Position numbers and translations under genes: made by a program. DNA of 64,000 nt from Flectonema sp. DT1601. Taxonomy: Eukaryota. The stretch spans positions 248,001 through 312,000 of the forward strand of contig OZ025790.1 in NCBI GenBank assembly GCA_964019425.1. Reading direction: 5' to 3'. The notes below the pieces were generated by a model that did not search any database, had not been told where the DNA came from, and saw nothing but the letters and a program-made list of their open reading frames with translations. This document shows, piece after piece, positions 61,201 to 64,000 of the stretch (positions within the stretch are counted from its first letter, which is position 1; each line of letters opens with the position of its first letter).

Positions 61201-62534
61201 AACAAGGAGCCACCCATGCACGGGAAGTTGTCGCAACTGGGAACGCAACAGGTTGCGGCATTGCACATTCCGACACACGGCGGAGGTGATGCCCTCGGTA
61301 ACGTTGGAACAGAACACACATACGTTCCACAGTCAGGTTCACAACAAGTAGTATCATCACAACCAATAGTCGTATCGCAAAGTGTGGTAGCAGAGTTTGA
61401 TTTTAGAACCCCCGACATACAAGTGTGTGACGAACACGATGGAGAACAACACGTATTTTCATCACAAGTACTAGCACAGGCAATAACCTGTGCAAAATCA
61501 ACGAGAGAACCAGTAACCTGGCATTTATATGTGGCACAATAACCTTCTTTAACAAGTATAATAAGATCATTGTTAACAAGAAGGAAATGAAGATTGAATG
61601 CAGCGTAAGCATCGATGACACCAATTAGAGTACGCCCTAGAACCTGAACTTGAGTCGCAGATGTGGTATCTTCAACGTAATATCCAAGACCAGAATCGGC
61701 TACGTGGATTCCAAGTGGTGTAGCTAAAATTCGAAAAACGTTTGAATAAGGTGTCATTTGTGCAAAACCTGTTAAGTCTTCCTCAAATGAAATCACTGCG
61801 TTGGATTGAATACCATACAACCTTTTGGTTCCTGCTTCGTTGTCAAATAATAATTTGCTCATAATTCTTCCATTTCCATTAACAGAAATTCTATTATCCA
61901 AATTACAATCATCGAATTTTTCAAGCTGTATACGAGTTGACACAAACCCGACTCTATTTGTCATACACTGCGTGTAAATAGAAAACACAGGTAATCCAAA
62001 CATAAAAGGAGGTGCTTGATTATTCAAATCTCCATTAAACACTAAATCCTCATAAATAAAACGAATACCATTATTACACGCTATGTATATTTTATCATTA
62101 CCATGAAGGGGATTACTCTCAAACGCATTGCAATTTGCTAATGGATAAACTTTTTGGAGAGTTATAGCAATCGGTGTGATAGAGGAATCGACTCTAAAGA
62201 CTTTGACGTCGATTGATGTTAGAATATATGCTTGCGGTTGACTGGGTGATACAAATAAATCAATTGGATCCGTTGCGATGTCACAAAGACCACTTCCAGA
62301 TATCGATACCGTCAAAGGATTGAACGCCGTCAGACAAGGTTGGGCAACGTTTCCAACCCTACTTGCTATGAATACTATATTAGTGTAAGCATGATGTTTC
62401 ATAATCCTCGGTGTACCTGGCATTGCAATCGGTGAATATTCGCTATAGGGCAAAAGATCCGCAACCGGTGTTAATCCATTACAGTTTATAACAAACAACA
62501 GCAAGACAACAACAATCAGGATACTTCTCATCAT
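52284..62534 (-). CDS. Giant Cys-rich repeat surface protein with signal peptide and multi-pass C-terminal membrane domain (3416 aa)
   Basis: Uninterrupted 10.25-kb ORF: hydrophobic signal peptide, ~310-aa non-repeat head, dozens of ~34-39-aa six-Cys modules ending C-D-D-x-x-C-C, about 7-8 hydrophobic helices, Ser/Pro/Arg-rich tail. Confidence 0.93.
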   Translation of the reverse strand: MMRSILIVVVLLLFVINCNGLTPVADLLPYSEYSPIAMPGTPRIMKHHAYTNIVFIASRVGNVAQPCLTAFNPLTVSISGSGLCDIATDPIDLFVSPSQPQAYILTSIDVKVFRVDSSITPIAITLQKVYPLANCNAFESNPLHGNDKIYIACNNGIRFIYEDLVFNGDLNNQAPPFMFGLPVFSIYTQCMTNRVGFVSTRIQLEKFDDCNLDNRISVNGNGRIMSKLLFDNEAGTKRLYGIQSNAVISFEEDLTGFAQMTPYSNVFRILATPLGIHVADSGLGYYVEDTTSATQVQVLGRTLIGVIDAYAAFNLHFLLVNNDLIILVKEGYCATYKCQVTGSLVDFAQVIACASTCDENTCCSPSCSSHTCMSGVLKSNSATTLCDTTIGCDDTTCCEPDCGTYVCSVPTLPRASPPPCVGMCNAATCCVPSCDNFPCMGGSLLVPSPSTVSCGLGRCSGTVCCDPSCDSHVCSGGSLQPSATTIRCNGGVCDDMQCCYPHCSSHVCMSGKILIMNSASAVCNSGMCDDSQCCVDSCDRHTCSMNLILKGSANTIGCSGGTCDDATCCDDTCALYSCTAGTLTMNPQTRGCPTGCDDSICCEPDCGTYVCSVPTLPRASPPPCVGMCNAATCCVPSCDNFPCMGGSLLVPSPSTVACGLGRCSGTVCCDPSCDSHVCSGGSLQPSATTIRCNGGVCDDMQCCYPHCSSHVCMSGKILIMNSASAVCNSGMCDDSQCCVDSCDRHTCSMNLILKGSANTIGCSGGTCDDVTCCDDTCALYSCTAGTLTMNPQTRGCPTGCDDSICCEPDCGTYVCSFPTLPRASPPPCVGMCNAATCCVPSCDNFPCMGGSLLVPSPSTVACGLGRCSGTVCCDPSCDSHVCSGGSLQPSATTIRCNGGVCDDMQCCYPHCSSHVCMSGKILIMNSASAVCGKGMCDDSQCCVDSCDRHTCSMNLILKGSANTIGCSGGTCDDVTCCDDTCALYSCTAGTLTMNPQTRGCPTGCDDSICCEPDCGTYVCSVPTLPRASPPPCVGMCNAATCCVPSCDNFPCMGGSLLVPSPSTVACGLGRCSGTVCCDPSCDSHVCSGGSLQPSATTIRCNGGVCDDMQCCYPHCSSHVCMSGKILIMNSASAVCNSGMCDDSQCCVDSCDRHTCSMNLILKGSANTIGCSGGTCDDATCCDDTCALYSCTAGTLTMNPQTRGCPTGCDDSICCEPDCGTYVCSFPTLPRASPPPCVGMCNAATCCVPSCDNFPCMGGSLLVPSPSTVACGLGRCSGTVCCDPSCDSHVCSGGSLQPSATTIRCNGGVCDDMQCCYPHCSSHVCMSGKILIMNSASAVCNSGMCDDSQCCVDSCDRHTCSMNLILKGSANTIGCSGGTCDDATCCDDTCALYSCTAGTLTMNPQTRGCPTGCDDSICCEPDCGTYVCSFPTLPRASPPPCVGMCNAATCCVPSCDNFPCMGGSLLVPSPSTVSCGLGRCSGTVCCDPSCDSHVCSGGSLQPSATTIRCNGGVCDDMQCCYPHCSSHVCMSGKILIMNSASAVCNSGMCDDSQCCVDSCDRHTCSMNLILKGSANTIGCSGGTCDDATCCDDTCALYSCTAGTLTMNPQTRGCPTGCDDSICCEPDCGTYVCSVPTLPRASPPPCVGMCNAATCCVPSCDNFPCMGGSLLVPSPSTVACNPGPCNDVTCCNAACDGHVCSNNFMLKVKANTLLCLAAGCDDSTCCDSVNMCSSFTCTAPLVAKPSGNTLLCLAAGCDDSTCCDSVNMCSTFTCTAPLVAKPSGNTLLCLAAGCDDSTCCDSVNMCSTFTCTAPLVAKPSGNTLLCLAAGCDDSTCCDSVNMCSTFTCTAPLVAKPSGNTLLCLAAGCDDSTCCDSVNMCSSFTCTAPLVAKPSANTLLCLAAGCDDSTCCDSVNMCSSFTCTAPLVAKPSGNTLLCLAAGCDDSTCCDSVNMCSSFTCTAPLVAKPSGNTLLCLAAGCDDSTCCDSVNMCSSFTCTAPLVAKPSANTLLCLAAGCDDSTCCDSVNMCSSFTCTAPLVAKPSANTLLCLAAGCDDSTCCDSVNMCSSFTCTAPLVAKPSGNTLLCLAAGCDDSTCCDSVNMCSSFTCTAPLVAKPSANTLLCLAAGCDDSTCCDSVNMCSSFTCTAPLVAKPSGNTLLCLAAGCDDSTCCDSVNMCSSFTCTAPLVAKPSGNTLLCLAAGCDDSTCCDSVNMCSSFTCTVPLVAKPSGNTLLCLAAGCDLTTCCEARTCSSYNCIIGKDKTNNNLITCAGGICSETTCCDAVFCNSYICRTGRSKPTPSNKIPCFGSCNENVCCDFVFCSSHSCTSGTLNTPSMLCQGGRCSDQACCDIITCDSIVCSGNAKPNASTIVCPGLSCTETVCCETGMCDSHTCSSGMLKNNSAAINCLSNCDDSTCCDEKYCSSHMCSGIAKSGSTLCPFGVCNNSICCEPVLCSSHVCISGSLKSSPDTISCLNFNCEDNICCDTIACDSYTCSIALPKSNSSSILCVGTSCTEGSCCITGMCDSFTCSTGRKVNMSLTVKCPNMNCSEALCCEEVFCDSFSCPAGSDAKISSNNIKCTQQGVCDVQTCCTSTCDQYSCINFGNDKVNKTNLTCAFQPCQSAECCIPTCGMSGYICKQPQQMLKSNSECVNGICSDSACCMNPTPTPRVLSPGIEPTSSLSLEINSEFSPQQIREEEGSLLTIVLKGGTVLRFLMGETLAIKIKWKNENNSYSHTVLDKNVDHTCGSHCIEVETDANPKDSNHGIAATSLVDDKFITAEAISVNSKITNTLNGVDGIRINVKSSKFHSIGKHESLSVLFHKEIFSSDVYTEICSSSSKIDLPDGIICTCDGGLITGSVGNCQIKVKKYLKSETPKLKNQDSATTQRSIASAVVLGATAVIPTVNAGALMRTSLITGLMNCPEDETKTLDPLLNPLGLNIGNNSFSEIQGAIVGTIAIQIGLLFAIGMAAAFMATRLHVGRKRRRTFGKLPGIENIHVISTYISDVDRTYLLARARAGWILLPATFLYGGAVQLCVAGLLYCDPIFKVLSAFDLLAFGFGMPYLVFYAGRDCVTHSDVSTIDRPKKSYVKQLFWGFREWSPFRQDGHPAWSELYRLTFDGYNYNFRYWLTGELFITALLGIIGAWEPIDMPQCWTRTTLALVVMGIYTVVLIVTLPYLAFYENSLDILCAILSTALLVFMLFALREVNPSAHWTSSVGGLIDIILTWIILLKVLLNAAVFTIDEYNVWKGKGRNGLFLGHLFCCGSSVVNDDAESYLVKKYNNTDSSYVNKRSTVAAADASSLLLDDGELQEMTTSESRYDPDPESETHEVERPGIELADADVETVKSFSSGPVSISPTPTYLMSPFGRGRIRRRSSSHSPADGNNVLNVSHQWHRQPRPSSLTPPIGTPRRPSYVSIST
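55810..57411. repeat. Coding tandem repeat, 117-nt unit (39 aa), ~13.7 copies
   Basis: Unit CSSFTCTAPLVAKPSGNTLLCLAAGCDDSTCCDSVNM repeats with few substitutions. Confidence 0.95.
57505..61346. repeat. Coding tandem repeat, 612-nt unit (204 aa), ~6.3 copies
   Basis: Near-identical antisense ORFs recur at 57707, 58319, 58931, 59543, 60155 and 60767 (612-nt spacing). Confidence 0.95.
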
Positions 62535-63231
62535 ATTATAGCTTGCTTTTACAACTTTTATTAATTGGGGTAAAAAAAATTATTATTATTTTTCTTTATT
62601 TTGTTTTTTCCAGATATTAAAATAAGAATCCTAATCACTCAAACATGTACGCTAAGCCTGAAAAAGGAAATGAAGTAAAAATATGTAATTGAGAACAAGA
62701 CATTAAAACAGAAATCAGAAGGTTGGAGGACGGTATAGACGACTTCCCCAGGTCATCATACTGCATCTCCTTCGGTGGCAGAGACTTACAACTCAGCCTG
62801 CTCCGATAACTGTTACCATCAGTCAGACTTAAATCAATCTCTCCTTCATGTACTCACGTAATGTCGATGTATATCACTAATGATGGCATCATCGTTTTCA
62901 CTCCAATATTTCCTTACCAGCTGTAACCTACTTCGCATTGCTCGGGTTTTCTTCTACTTCCTCGCAACCGGTGAGAGATTGGCTAATCACACTGACACTG
63001 TCATCATTGGTGTCGTACATCTTGATTATATTTTCGTCCTCTTTGCATCTAGTCTGTGTCACAGCACCAAAGCATAGTGATACAGATTGTGTTCCTGTCT
63101 TGGTTAGTACTGCAACCATGAGGCGATCGGCAGGGTGGAGGTGTTCACGATTTTTCACTTTGCTACACGAAAATTCACGATTTTTCACGATTTTTCACTT
63201 AATTTTTTGCTGCTTTTTGGTAGTGAAATCC

Positions 63232-63377
63232 TGTGAAAATGTGTGAAAATGTGTGAAAATGTGTGAAAATGTGTGAAAATGTGTGAAAATGTGTGAAAAT
63301 GTGTGAAAATGTGTGAAAATGTGTGAAAATGTGTGAAAATGTGTGAAAATGTGTGAAAATGTGTGAAAATGTGTGAA
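63232..63377. repeat. Minisatellite (GTGTGAAAAT)n, 13 perfect copies plus partials
   Basis: Directly visible at 63241-63370. Confidence 0.97.
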
Positions 63378-64000
63378 TTCTAGTGAATTCTAGTAAAAAA
63401 AAGTGAAAAAAGTGAAAAAAGTGAGTGATATCTAGATGGTACCGTTGGTGCTGGTGTGCTGTGCGATGTCAAACCTGTTCAGTTTGCCATACGTCATGTC
63501 ACTTTGACAACTAAATGGGCATCGCTTGTGCCCAGTGACCCATCACCCTTCCTGACCATCGCTTGTGGTGAGGTTCCGGACTTTGGACCGGCGCATCGCG
63601 TGTGCGGTGGGTTTAATCACTGAGGGGCTCATTCTCGTTCATTGCCTCCTCTTTTCGCTGAGTCCCAGCGCGGGGCATTCATTTTCTCTGTTGTTGAATG
63701 CTTTGCGCTGGAGCTCCCCACAAAGCTAAAGTTGCGTGACCCCCTCTCCCTCCCGGTGCCCCAGCAGTCCGCCACACTGACCCAAGCGAAAAGAAAATGC
63801 TGCTGCCAGGAAAGTTGCACAAGAAAAAACTGCTTGGTTGGGGGGTTAGGTAGGGATGGTGCGTCCACCGGGATGATGCTGTGAGCATGGGGTCATCGGG
63901 GACATCGCTCTTCAGCTTAGAGACCTGAATGTGGTTCACATGGGAGAGGGCGTGGTTGACCTGCCTATTGACTTCCAGCAGGCGGGCGTGGTGAGGGGAG

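Noticed and set aside
63241..63370. Minisatellite as telomeric repeat
   Set aside because: The unit is not TTAGGG-like and it is internal, with complex sequence on both sides.
63420..64000. GC-rich window end with overlapping short ORFs
   Set aside because: No recognisable motif or consistent frame; truncated by the window edge.

Overview
AT-rich eukaryotic nuclear DNA with many long poly-A/poly-T runs, from a euglenozoan flagellate (PFR1 and BILBO1-family genes). The frequent GT-AG cis-introns point to a diplonemid or similar rather than a trypanosomatid (inference). Every credible protein gene lies on the minus strand. They include three PFR1 copies (two nearly identical, one divergent and truncated), a leucyl-tRNA synthetase, a MAP2K, a BILBO1-like protein, an EF-hand protein, a cupin, a RalGAP-beta-like protein, a small 82-aa spliced gene, three hypothetical proteins and a 3416-aa Cys-repeat multi-TM surface protein. 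Gene-poor stretches (1-8.2 kb, 42.7-52.2 kb) hold a decayed Sola2-like TIR transposon and several dispersed short repeat families; a LINE RT remnant lies at about 12.5-13 kb. Most notable: (1) the LeuRS carries an EF1B-type N-terminal domain and a fibronectin-III-like domain inserted in its catalytic domain; (2) all nine distinct introns are phase 0, mostly near the 3' end, with G/T-rich 5' halves and A/C-rich 3' halves, unlike the pyrimidine-rich putative trans-splice acceptors; (3) a dispersed ~125-nt element keeps a multi-stem fold through compensatory changes. Family assignments come from recognising motifs by eye; no database search was run.
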